DNA from: a virus
Lineage: Duplodnaviria; Caudoviricetes
Virus record (IMG/VR): IMGVR_UViG_3300042402_001448
Location: 1 to 30,647 of that record
Direction: 5' to 3' (one strand)
DNA: 30,647 nucleotides
A program made the translations under genes and the position numbers. The notes beneath the pieces were generated by a model. That model was not told the origin of the DNA and did no database searches. It worked only from the letters and a program-made list of their open reading frames with translations. Below are positions 1-8,161 of this stretch, in pieces. Positions within the stretch are counted from its first letter, which is position 1, and every line of letters begins with the position of its first letter.

Positions 1-475
1 CTGTGTAAGTGTTTAAGGCCACAAGATGTTTAAACATGTCATGAGTCATACCAAATACATCTTCGATGGATTTTTGTGTTTCTCTACTGTCGCCTTGACT
101 TTCGTCTTGATCTAAATTTTCTTGTTCACGCCCATTAACAGTAAACTTTAGAACATTGGGCTTACGACCTCTTTCTATGTGATAGTCAACTCCATCTTTT
201 TCAAAACTCATAGTAACCAACATGCCTTTGCCGTTGATTTTGTTAACTAGATTGTCTTTTTTGATGTTGGTTAGAGCGTTACCGTAGATAGCATAGCTAA
301 GACCGTTGATGATTGTGGTCTTACCTGTACCGTTACGAGCACCGCTGTCGTCACCACCTAGGTCAAGATTTTCACCTAAAACTAAGGTCAACTGTCCTCG
401 ATCAAAATCAATAGCCTGTGTTTGTGCGCCTACACTCATGAAATTGCGCACGGTTAAATTTTTAATCTTAATCAT
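1..475 (-). CDS. gp46: Recombination endonuclease ATPase subunit, T4 gp46/SbcC/Rad50-like (5' part only, runs off the window start)
   Basis: Not in the ORF track; translated by hand from the ATG at 475 (ATGA overlap with the gp47 stop): MIKIKNLTVRNFMSVG...LTLVLGENLDLGGDDSGARNGTGKTTIINGLSYAIYG...LVNKINGKGMLV...YHIERGRKPN. Shows the Rad50-type N-terminal NF-S motif and Walker A (ARNGTGKT), is open to position 2, and lies directly downstream of gp47. Confidence 0.93.
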   Translation of the reverse strand, partial: MIKIKNLTVRNFMSVGAQTQAIDFDRGQLTLVLGENLDLGGDDSGARNGTGKTTIINGLSYAIYGNALTNIKKDNLVNKINGKGMLVTMSFEKDGVDYHIERGRKPNVLKFTVNGREQENLDQDESQGDSRETQKSIEDVFGMTHDMFKHLVALNTYT

Positions 476-1482
476 AGGTCGTTGTATATCTCCAACAGCA
501 GACCTTTTTCAAAGGTACCACTGTCAATGGCATTTATCTGATTCATCACAATGGTATCTACACTTTCAAAGTTAATATCGATAGGCGTTGAGTTGGCATC
601 AACTTCAACTTTTTCCGGAATTAGCATAAGTTCTCGCAGTTTATACTGCGGCACAAATGTTTCTTTAATAAAATTGGCTTCTTCAAAACTGATAGGCAAA
701 TCAATGGTCACACGGCAATGCATACGTTCTCGTAGCAATTGATCTGGCTTGTCAATAATTTGACTCAGTTTATATGTTCTAAAGGTAGGCTGGCCCGGCC
801 AAGACTTAAACTCAGGTGAGCCTCCCCACTCTAACATCATCATACCACGATCGTCGTCACCTGCATCTGCATAGTTGTGCGGAAAAGCATTACCGATATA
901 ATGAATATTTCTACTGTGTTGACGTTTATGAAAATGTCCAGTAAACACATATTCCTGATTTACAAAATGTCCAGACTGGATTGTACCATGATCTGGCATC
1001 TGTATCATAGCATTCATATAAAAGCTAGGCAATTCCAAATGTCCGAACATATATCGGCTTTTGATATTAGGAATATCTCGCCACTCATCGGCAACTAGCC
1101 AAGGCATAATAGTAACATCGCCTAGAGTCAGCGTTTCTCTAATTGGAATAATATTAGGAAACAGGCGCATAAACTCCACGGAGTTAATTTCGCGCTTGTC
1201 TTTATAGAACAAGTCGTGATTGCCTAGAATGAAATAAACTTTTTCAAACGATTGACTCAGTTTCTCTAAATTGCTGACAGTATAATTCATAGTACTAACA
1301 TCTGTAGTACTGCGATTATGGTGCCAGTCGCCTAGAAAGATAGCAGTTTCACAACCCTCTTCTCGAGCAGTTTCACAGAACCAAGAAACGAAATCTTCGC
1401 AATCTTGATTGTGTGTACGACTGCCACCTTTTAGTCCAAAATGTATATCAGTAAAACAAGCAACTTTTTTAAATAGATTCAT
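472..1482 (-). CDS. gp47: Recombination endonuclease subunit, T4 gp47/SbcD/Mre11-like metallophosphoesterase
   Basis: 336 aa with calcineurin-like phosphoesterase motifs TDIHFG, LGDWHH, LGNHD, FGHLE, TGHFH, YIGN; coupled to the gp46-like ATPase. Confidence 0.93.
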   Translation of the reverse strand: MNLFKKVACFTDIHFGLKGGSRTHNQDCEDFVSWFCETAREEGCETAIFLGDWHHNRSTTDVSTMNYTVSNLEKLSQSFEKVYFILGNHDLFYKDKREINSVEFMRLFPNIIPIRETLTLGDVTIMPWLVADEWRDIPNIKSRYMFGHLELPSFYMNAMIQMPDHGTIQSGHFVNQEYVFTGHFHKRQHSRNIHYIGNAFPHNYADAGDDDRGMMMLEWGGSPEFKSWPGQPTFRTYKLSQIIDKPDQLLRERMHCRVTIDLPISFEEANFIKETFVPQYKLRELMLIPEKVEVDANSTPIDINFESVDTIVMNQINAIDSGTFEKGLLLEIYNDL

Positions 1483-1488
1483 ATGACT

Positions 1489-1517
1489 AGTTTACACTAA
1501 TTTTAAACAACGGTCAA
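1489..1517 (-). promoter_or_regulatory. Putative sigma70-type promoter for gp47-gp46 (TTGACC-N17-TAAACT)
   Basis: On the minus strand, -35 TTGACC (1517-1512, overlapping the gp55 TGA stop), a 17-nt spacer, -10 TAAACT (1494-1489), then 6 nt to the gp47 ATG. No Shine-Dalgarno. Confidence 0.6.
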
Positions 1518-2371
1518 TCCCAATCACTGCCATCTACTGAACTGGTACTCACAGCACCGCTAACTCCGTTTCCACTATTCTGTCGAGTCCAACTTGGATT
1601 CATTCCGTTCATTTCTAAAATATCATCTCGAATATTTTGATTGCGTTTTTCTATGTTGATGATCCTAACAAAACTGTTAGTAACGGCGGCAGTATAATAA
1701 GCAAAAGGATTGTCCGATTTACTCTCATCGAACTGTAAGCCAATTTGAGTAAGTTGTAAAATTGCCTGTCCTCGCATTTCATCATTGTAAGTATATCCTC
1801 TAACGTTGCCTCTAGTAGCATATCGTTCACATAATTTAATAAACATACGAGCTAGATTATTGGTCATTTGACCATGTTCTTTGTTAAAAACACCATCGAG
1901 TAATCCACCTTTCCAATGGCTTTTTCCTACACAGATTAAATTGTCGTTGTCATCAAATTTCCAGTGCTGAAAAGGAGGAAAGTTAACTTTGTCGTGACTG
2001 TCAGCAGTATTCTTTAGAGTCTTTTTGCGCCCCGGCGCCAGCGGAATATGATCAAAAGTCATCACACGAAATACCAAATCCTGTTTTTGCACCTTACGAT
2101 AGTCTACCTCAAATTCTTTAATAGATATTTTTTTACCACCTGCAAGTACTGCTGCTTCGTGAGCCTGTTTTGCCATTTTTACAGCTCTATTTCTTTTTGC
2201 TTCAGCTACAGTTCTTACATTGATTTTTGCAAGATTAACAACAATAAGATCGTATTCACTATATTCGGGAAGAGTAAAACTACAGTAGGTATTTTTACTA
2301 AGGTGTATCTCCCTAAGCAAATCCTTGTTGGTAAGGTATTTGATCTTGGGCGGTTGGGCAATGATAGTCAT
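1514..2371 (-). CDS. gp55: Phage late-transcription sigma factor, T4 gp55-like
   Basis: 285 aa. N-terminal KYLTNKDLL and C-terminal core NVRGYTYNDEMRGQAILQL...FDESKSDNPFAYYTAAVTNSFVRIINIEK follow the gp55 pattern (Y..NK.LL; GYT...EM; FD..K..NP.AY.T....N.F...I..E). The 55-47-46 order is T4-like. SD AAAGGA lies about 9 nt upstream. Confidence 0.88.
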   Translation of the reverse strand: MTIIAQPPKIKYLTNKDLLREIHLSKNTYCSFTLPEYSEYDLIVVNLAKINVRTVAEAKRNRAVKMAKQAHEAAVLAGGKKISIKEFEVDYRKVQKQDLVFRVMTFDHIPLAPGRKKTLKNTADSHDKVNFPPFQHWKFDDNDNLICVGKSHWKGGLLDGVFNKEHGQMTNNLARMFIKLCERYATRGNVRGYTYNDEMRGQAILQLTQIGLQFDESKSDNPFAYYTAAVTNSFVRIINIEKRNQNIRDDILEMNGMNPSWTRQNSGNGVSGAVSTSSVDGSDWD

Positions 2372-2399
2372 TAAATGTTATTCCTTTTAGTATTATAAT

Positions 2400-2428
2400 A
2401 GCATATTTTTTAAAGAATAAATAGACAA
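2400..2428 (-). promoter_or_regulatory. Putative sigma70-type promoter for gp55 (TTGTCT-N17-TATGCT)
   Basis: Minus-strand -35 TTGTCT (2428-2423), 17-nt spacer, -10 TATGCT (2405-2400). An alternative TATAAT lies at 2397-2392. Confidence 0.5.
2416..2423 (+). promoter_or_regulatory. Putative gp55-dependent late promoter (AATAAATA, T4 TATAAATA-like)
   Basis: 7/8 match to the T4 late consensus, 19 nt before the first baseplate gene; the same octamer recurs upstream of genes at 8162 and 26256. Confidence 0.7.
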
Positions 2429-2442
2429 AACGGATATTAATT

Positions 2443-3471
2443 ATGCCATTGTCTATAAACCCAATACAAAATCTTGCATCAAAAATCAGCAGTGATCTAG
2501 GTAATCTAGCCAATGCTTCAAATCAGTCTGCGGGTAATTTCAGTATGCCTAATGTAAGTATCGGCAAACAAAATTTAGATGCCACAGTTAATAGATTAAG
2601 TGGCGGCTTTGGCAGCAGTTTAAATGGTATTACCGGATCCATTAATTCAGCTAGTGTTAGTAATTTATCCGGAACTGTTCAAAATTTTGCACAAAACGGT
2701 TTATCATCACTGTCGTCCGCCGCAGGCAGTTTTGCCACAGCCGGAAAGAGTGTCATTGATAATATTGCATCAGGAGGCAGTATTGCTGGATTGGCCACTG
2801 GACTATTAAACGGTGCAGGGCAACAAACTGCTGCTGCATTAGCAAATATAGGACTTGATTTAATTAGTGCTGCTAGATCAAAAAATATTCCCAGTACAGC
2901 CACTCTAGCACTAGGCGAACAAGCTTCTGTAGTACAAGTATATCCCAGTAACGAAGGTGATTGGCGTATAAGAATTGACTCAATGTTTGGCGAAATTATT
3001 TTTCCGACAACTCCCACGTTTAGCCTATCAACTAAAGCAAACTATAACAATCAAGAGCTGGTTCATGCAAATTTTCCTCATCCTGTTTATAAAAATAGCA
3101 CTTCAGACGATATTTCGATAAGTGGAGAATTTCCAGTCGAAACCTTAGAAGATGCTCAAGATTGGTTACGTACTATTGCTCTAGGCCGCGGCCTAACTAA
3201 AATGTTTTTTGGAAACAGTTCTCCGCAAGGAAATCCTCCCCCTATTTGTACATTATCTGGATATGGTGCAGTATTAAAATATATTCCTGTTGTGATAAAA
3301 TCTTTTCAGGTTGATTTCAAAGATGATGTTCACTATATACAAGCAGCCGGAGCATCTATACCTAGACTCAGTACCATACAAATTACCTGTATGCCTGTGT
3401 ACAGTAAAAGTTCTCAACGAGGATTTGATCTCGATGCGTATGTTAACAACGGCGGCAATATTCCTTTCTAA
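2443..3471 (+). CDS. Baseplate tail-tube initiator/cap-like protein (T4 gp48/gp54-like) with low-complexity N-terminal region
   Basis: About 150 aa rich in S/G/A/N, then a tube-protein-like domain (IIFPTTPTFS, ISISGEFPVE, GNPPPICTLSGYG, IPVVIKSFQVDF, IQITCMPVYS). Its position before the LysM/gp53 and hub genes is typical of contractile systems. Confidence 0.6.
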   Translation: MPLSINPIQNLASKISSDLGNLANASNQSAGNFSMPNVSIGKQNLDATVNRLSGGFGSSLNGITGSINSASVSNLSGTVQNFAQNGLSSLSSAAGSFATAGKSVIDNIASGGSIAGLATGLLNGAGQQTAAALANIGLDLISAARSKNIPSTATLALGEQASVVQVYPSNEGDWRIRIDSMFGEIIFPTTPTFSLSTKANYNNQELVHANFPHPVYKNSTSDDISISGEFPVETLEDAQDWLRTIALGRGLTKMFFGNSSPQGNPPPICTLSGYGAVLKYIPVVIKSFQVDFKDDVHYIQAAGASIPRLSTIQITCMPVYSKSSQRGFDLDAYVNNGGNIPF

Positions 3472-3474
3472 TAT

Positions 3475-3786
3475 ATGGCAATTTATAAAAAAACTAGTCC
3501 TTGGTACATAACCAAACAAAATACACTTTACTTGGAATTATTGACTCTAAGAACAATTCCAACTTCTGATGATGATTTTAAATATGTCATTGAAAATCAA
3601 TATAGACATCGTCCGGATCTATTGGCATTTGACCTTTATCAAGATGCAAAATTATGGTGGGTATTTGCACAACGAAATAGATCAATACTCAAAGATCCTA
3701 TTTACGATTTTTCTCCTGGTACTACAATTTTCTGTCCAGCTAAAGCTAATATTAATGCTACCCTATCAACCACTGCTGGAAGTTAA
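3475..3786 (+). CDS. Baseplate wedge protein, T4 gp53/LysM-like
   Basis: 103 aa with YRHRPDLLAFDLYQDAKLWWVFAQRN...DPIYDFSPGTTIFCP, the RPD.LA..LY....LWW....N pattern of gp53/tail-X LysM proteins. Confidence 0.8.
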   Translation: MAIYKKTSPWYITKQNTLYLELLTLRTIPTSDDDFKYVIENQYRHRPDLLAFDLYQDAKLWWVFAQRNRSILKDPIYDFSPGTTIFCPAKANINATLSTTAGS

Positions 3787-3788
3787 GC

Positions 3789-5690
3789 ATGGCACTACCT
3801 AATATCTTAGAACAATTTTCCACATATAATTGTTTGTTTACTTTTTCCTGCGCTAGTCCAGCCCAATTAAATTCTCAATCTTATCGAAGTGGACCATTGC
3901 CAAATGTTATTGTATCGAGTGCAGGCGGAGACGGCGGCGCAAGAGTACAAACAGCCTATGGTGCTCCTGAATATTTTATTGACAATCTTTCAGTATCGTC
4001 GGTAGTGGCACCTACTAATGGCACAGGGTCCGGTCCTTGGTCAAAAATTGAATTTGAAATATTTGAGCCTTATAGTATGGGACTATTTCTTCAGAGCTGT
4101 CAGGCAGCAGCTTTAAATTCTGGATACAAGAGTTATCTTGATAATGCTGCCTATGTTTTGAGACTGGAATTTGTAGGTTGGACAGGCCCCGGAGAGAGTA
4201 TGACCGTAGGCCCGTTTAATTGGTTGGTAAAACTAATGAATGCAAATTTTACAGTCAACGAAGCTGGCAGTACTTACAAGGTAGAATGCTTCCCCTATAA
4301 TCATGTGGCACTATCTCAGCAGATGAATAAAATTTTTAACGATGTAAAACTTGTAGGCAAAAATAGCAACGAAGTTCTTGTGGATCATCCTGAATTTAGT
4401 TTGGTATCTTTTTTAAACAAGAGAGAAGATCAACTAAAAAAAGATAATAAAAAAACCTATGTGGACAAATACAGTATTGAATTTGTAGGAGACAATCCCT
4501 ATGGCCGCGGCCCCGGCAATGATCTAGAATTTACTCCAGAAAGCCAAGGCGGAACTGAAAAACCTAAACGTGCTGGAGACATCTACGACGAAGCCAGCGG
4601 AAAAATTATTAGAGGAAAAATGTCTATTAATCCCAAGGAAAAGTCTTTGCAATTTAGTCAAGATACTAGTATTACTAACATCATTGATCAAGTAATTCTT
4701 AGCACTAAAGAAGCTAGAGACCGAGCAACTAAAGAAGACTTAATTGATAGTCAGGGTAGGGTAACTTGGTGGAAAACTGATGTTGATGTAAAATTATTAG
4801 AATTTGATCCTAAACTTAAAGACTTTGCCAAAGATGTAACTTACAGAGTACAGCCTTTTAAAATACATCACAGTGCTTATCTATCGCCAGAAGGTACAAG
4901 TAAAGGAGTAGGCGCTTGCAAGAGTGCTGCTCAAAAAGAATACAACTACATCTACACAGGCCTGAACACAGACATTATAAAATTCAATATTGAAATTAAA
5001 AATATGATGTTTACAGCTATTGATCCTAACAAAGTTGAAGACTCGGGCGGCGTCGCCAATAATTCTACAAACACTTCTGTGCCTAGTGCTACAATGACTA
5101 GTAAACAGGCCGACGGAGCTACAGGTCCGTCAGTAGGCGGCAATGCCGCTTCTGGCAAATTAGATATGGCCACAGGTAATATACCGTTCAAAGGCGGTTC
5201 AGGACAAACCAGTACCGAACAAAAAATTGCCAATGAATTTTATATGGCCTATCTCAATAGTGTAGGAAATCAAATAAATCTAGATTTAGAAATTTTAGGT
5301 GATCCGTTTTTCCTTCCTGAACTTGGTTATAGTAATTTTCACGGTGAAGGTGACGAGCAAGTATCCGGAAACGGAACCATGAATCACGAAGCTACTGATA
5401 TCTGGTGTGTGGTAAACTTTAGAACTCCTGCAGATCCAGATGCTGGAGGAGCAGCTGCTGCTGCTCCCGGCCTCTATTATTTTCCCGAAGGAGAAAGTCC
5501 TAATCCGTTTAGTGGATTGTTTAAAGTTACAAAAGTAGAATCTAGATTTAAAAGTAATTTATTCACTCAGTCTCTAGGAGGCTTTAGAATTCCCGCTCAA
5601 GATCAAAGTGGCAGTGGCGACGTGTTCCCAACAAAGACAGATAAACCAGAACCAGATACTGGCACATATCTAAACAACCCAGGCGAATAA
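3789..5690 (+). CDS. Baseplate hub protein, gp27/GpD-like
   Basis: 633 aa between the gp53-like and gp5-like genes. C-terminal LDLEILGDPFF and SGLFKVTKVESRFKSNLFTQSL resemble the hub barrel signature (I.GDP; SG.Y.V..V...F....F.Q.L). Confidence 0.6.
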   Translation: MALPNILEQFSTYNCLFTFSCASPAQLNSQSYRSGPLPNVIVSSAGGDGGARVQTAYGAPEYFIDNLSVSSVVAPTNGTGSGPWSKIEFEIFEPYSMGLFLQSCQAAALNSGYKSYLDNAAYVLRLEFVGWTGPGESMTVGPFNWLVKLMNANFTVNEAGSTYKVECFPYNHVALSQQMNKIFNDVKLVGKNSNEVLVDHPEFSLVSFLNKREDQLKKDNKKTYVDKYSIEFVGDNPYGRGPGNDLEFTPESQGGTEKPKRAGDIYDEASGKIIRGKMSINPKEKSLQFSQDTSITNIIDQVILSTKEARDRATKEDLIDSQGRVTWWKTDVDVKLLEFDPKLKDFAKDVTYRVQPFKIHHSAYLSPEGTSKGVGACKSAAQKEYNYIYTGLNTDIIKFNIEIKNMMFTAIDPNKVEDSGGVANNSTNTSVPSATMTSKQADGATGPSVGGNAASGKLDMATGNIPFKGGSGQTSTEQKIANEFYMAYLNSVGNQINLDLEILGDPFFLPELGYSNFHGEGDEQVSGNGTMNHEATDIWCVVNFRTPADPDAGGAAAAAPGLYYFPEGESPNPFSGLFKVTKVESRFKSNLFTQSLGGFRIPAQDQSGSGDVFPTKTDKPEPDTGTYLNNPGE

Positions 5691-5691
5691 T

Positions 5692-7695
5692 ATGATTGAA
5701 AAAAGAGAAGACCAACGAGAAAATTCACAAGGTAGTCTCACCGGCGCACCTTATCTGGCTAAAATTATAGGCCATGCAGATCTATTGTTTCAAGGCGGTC
5801 TTGAAGTTGTGCTTATTAGGGATTCTGGAAACCAAGTAGGCAATGAAAGTCAAACATATTTTGTAAAATATGCCAGCCCGTTTTATGGATGTACACCTTT
5901 TGAGTTTACTGGACAAAATGTCACAGCAGATGATTCCCAGATGAGTTATGGATTCTGGGGTGTTCCTCCTGACACCGGTATAACTGGCATTGTGATTTTT
6001 ATAGACGGAAAACCAGATCAGGGATATTGGGTGGCAAACGTCCAAGATAAATTTCAAAATCACATGGTACCTGCCATTGGCGGAACCACAGTATACAAAA
6101 CAGACGAAGACTACAAGCAGGAGGAACATCCGCTGCCTGTAGTTGAACATAATAGAAAAGCCAATGAAGGCGACAAGAATTTAGAAATTGATAAAATACC
6201 CAGGGCTGTACATCCTATTGCTAGACGATTTAAAATTCAGGGACTGACTAGAGATGAAGTAAGAGGCACCAGTACTTCTACGTCAAGACGAGATGTGCCA
6301 AACATGGTGTTCGGAATGAGTAGTCCTGGCCCTGTAGATAGAAACGGCAAGAAAAAGTTTTTGGGAAATAGAGAAAGTCCAACGCCAACACCAGTTCCGG
6401 TTCAAAGACTGGGAGGCACACATTTTGTCATGGATGACGGAGATGACAGGTACTATAGAGAAACCAAGCCCACTGATGGAGCTCCTACCTATGTAAAAAA
6501 TCCCGAAGGCCTAAAAGATATTCCCTACAACGAACATTTTAGAATTAGGACCAGAACAGGACATCAATTGTTATTTCATAATTCTGAAGATTTAATTTAT
6601 ATTGGAAATAGCAGGGGAACAGCTTGGATTGAATTTACCAGTGACGGTAAAATTGATATCTATGCCGAGGACAGTATCAATATCAGAACCAAACAAGATT
6701 TTAATTTTGTTGCTGATAGAGATTTCAATCTAGAAGTTGGTCGTAATTTCAATTTAAAAGTAGCCGGAGAAATGCATACTTCTGTAGGCAAGGATCAAGT
6801 ATTGATAGTTGATAGAGACCAAAAGATTCACATCAAACGCAGAAAAGATGAAACTATTGACGAGCAATATCGTCAGACAGTAAACGATGATGTTAAGAAA
6901 TATTATGCAAAAGATTATACTCATAATGTTGATGGTAGAATGGATTTTAAAGTAGCCAACGGTTTTAGTTTTAGCGGCGGCAACGGAGCCTCTGGTGCCG
7001 AGTTTAGTCCATTAGATGCGACTAGTCAAGACCCTACAGATCCAGTGAGCAACGATACAGAAGCATCGAGTCCGGTAGCAGATGTTAATGGAGCAACACC
7101 TGATAGAATTGATATTAAGATTTATAAAGATATGCGTATTGAACACATTGGTGTTAATGTTGATCATACTATTAACGGATACCTAAAAACTAAAATTACA
7201 GGAGCAGTTGATATTAATACAAATTCAACTTGGACACAAACAGTATCTGGCAATATAGATATAAAATCTGGAGCCCACATTTTTAATACTTCTGCTGGAA
7301 GTAATGAAACTAACGCAGGCGGCAACATAGTTGAAACAGCCCCACAGATACATATGAACGGTCCAACAGCAGGCTCTGCTCCGACTGCACAAATTGCAGT
7401 CTTACCTGAAGAGGCGAGAACATCTGCAAAAGCATCTATTCCATTACAGTTAAAAACACACAGTCTTCCTGATCTCCCAGCACCTAACGAAGATGATGTA
7501 GACAAATCAGTTATAGTAAGAAGAATGCCCACAGCTGAGCCATATCCCTTCCACGAAAATCTAGACGCTACAAAAGTCAAACCGGATCTAACAGATCGAG
7601 ATGTTGATGGTAGATACAAGGATGAAAGTACCAGTATGCGAACACCACCCGGTGATTGGCGCAAATACAAAAAACCAAGCGATACTCCTTTCTAA
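5692..7695 (+). CDS. gp5: Baseplate central spike, T4 gp5/VgrG-like (OB-fold plus beta-helix, no recognisable lysozyme)
   Basis: OB-fold motif YGFWGVPPDTG..GIVIFIDGKPDQGYW; RIRTRTGHQLLFHNSEDLIYI...WIEFTSDGKIDIY; 8-residue beta-helix repeats (DFNFVADR DFNLEVGR NFNLKVAG EMHTSVGK DQVLIVDR); QIHMNG; directly followed by gp25. Confidence 0.85.
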   Translation: MIEKREDQRENSQGSLTGAPYLAKIIGHADLLFQGGLEVVLIRDSGNQVGNESQTYFVKYASPFYGCTPFEFTGQNVTADDSQMSYGFWGVPPDTGITGIVIFIDGKPDQGYWVANVQDKFQNHMVPAIGGTTVYKTDEDYKQEEHPLPVVEHNRKANEGDKNLEIDKIPRAVHPIARRFKIQGLTRDEVRGTSTSTSRRDVPNMVFGMSSPGPVDRNGKKKFLGNRESPTPTPVPVQRLGGTHFVMDDGDDRYYRETKPTDGAPTYVKNPEGLKDIPYNEHFRIRTRTGHQLLFHNSEDLIYIGNSRGTAWIEFTSDGKIDIYAEDSINIRTKQDFNFVADRDFNLEVGRNFNLKVAGEMHTSVGKDQVLIVDRDQKIHIKRRKDETIDEQYRQTVNDDVKKYYAKDYTHNVDGRMDFKVANGFSFSGGNGASGAEFSPLDATSQDPTDPVSNDTEASSPVADVNGATPDRIDIKIYKDMRIEHIGVNVDHTINGYLKTKITGAVDINTNSTWTQTVSGNIDIKSGAHIFNTSAGSNETNAGGNIVETAPQIHMNGPTAGSAPTAQIAVLPEEARTSAKASIPLQLKTHSLPDLPAPNEDDVDKSVIVRRMPTAEPYPFHENLDATKVKPDLTDRDVDGRYKDESTSMRTPPGDWRKYKKPSDTPF

Positions 7696-7706
7696 GGAAA
7701 TAAATT

Positions 7707-8141
7707 ATGGCAAAAATATACACCAACAAAGTCATTGCAAAAAACAAAGCCAGTATAGGAAATGCAAATTCTGGTAACTTTCGATACAGGGGATTTAGTT
7801 CTAAAGAATTCAAACGAAACTACAAGTTATATGATGCAGAATTAATCAAACAAGATCTCATCAATCATTTCTATATTAGAAAGGGTGAAAAACTAGAAAA
7901 CCCTAAATTTGGAACAATTATCTGGGATACGTTATTTGAAAATTTTACCCCAGAAATAAAAGCAGCAATTGCCAAAGATGTTGAAGAAATTATTAATTTT
8001 GATAAACGTGTGAAAGTAAACTCTGTGTCTATAGATAGCACACAACAGGGTATACGTATAGAAGCAGAAATAGTGATACTACCATTTGATATCACTGATA
8101 CACTGCGTTTGAATTTTGATAGAGATAACTCGATAACATAA
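7707..8141 (+). CDS. gp25: Baseplate wedge/sheath initiator, gp25-like
   Basis: 144 aa with LYDAELIKQDLINHFYIRKGEKLENPKFGTIIWDTLFE...IINFDKRVKV, the GPW/gp25 pattern (GE....P.FG....LFE; D.RV). SD AAGGA upstream. Confidence 0.9.
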   Translation: MAKIYTNKVIAKNKASIGNANSGNFRYRGFSSKEFKRNYKLYDAELIKQDLINHFYIRKGEKLENPKFGTIIWDTLFENFTPEIKAAIAKDVEEIINFDKRVKVNSVSIDSTQQGIRIEAEIVILPFDITDTLRLNFDRDNSIT

Positions 8142-8155
8142 AATGCGCATTTTAT
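8138..8155. repeat. Perfect 18-bp palindrome ATAAAATGCGCATTTTAT
   Basis: Self-reverse-complementary; spans the gp25 stop codon and ends 6 nt before the late promoter motif at 8162. Confidence 0.9.
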
Positions 8156-8161
8156 TTTTAC

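Noticed and set aside
1318-1335. GDWHH rather than GDxxD in gp47 motif II as a sign of inactivation
   Set aside because: Mre11-family nucleases also have His at this position (GDLFH), and the other metal-ligand motifs are intact.
3182-4512. GC-rich palindrome GGCCGCGGCC at 3184 (14 bp with flanks) and at 4503
   Set aside because: Both lie inside coding sequence and are explained by Gly-Arg-Gly codons (GGC CGC GGC); no regulatory context.
7698-7706. AATAAATT before gp25 (and AATAAATG before 26934) as further late promoters
   Set aside because: They mismatch the last base of the motif and lie between the SD and the ATG, so they are better explained as A-rich spacers.
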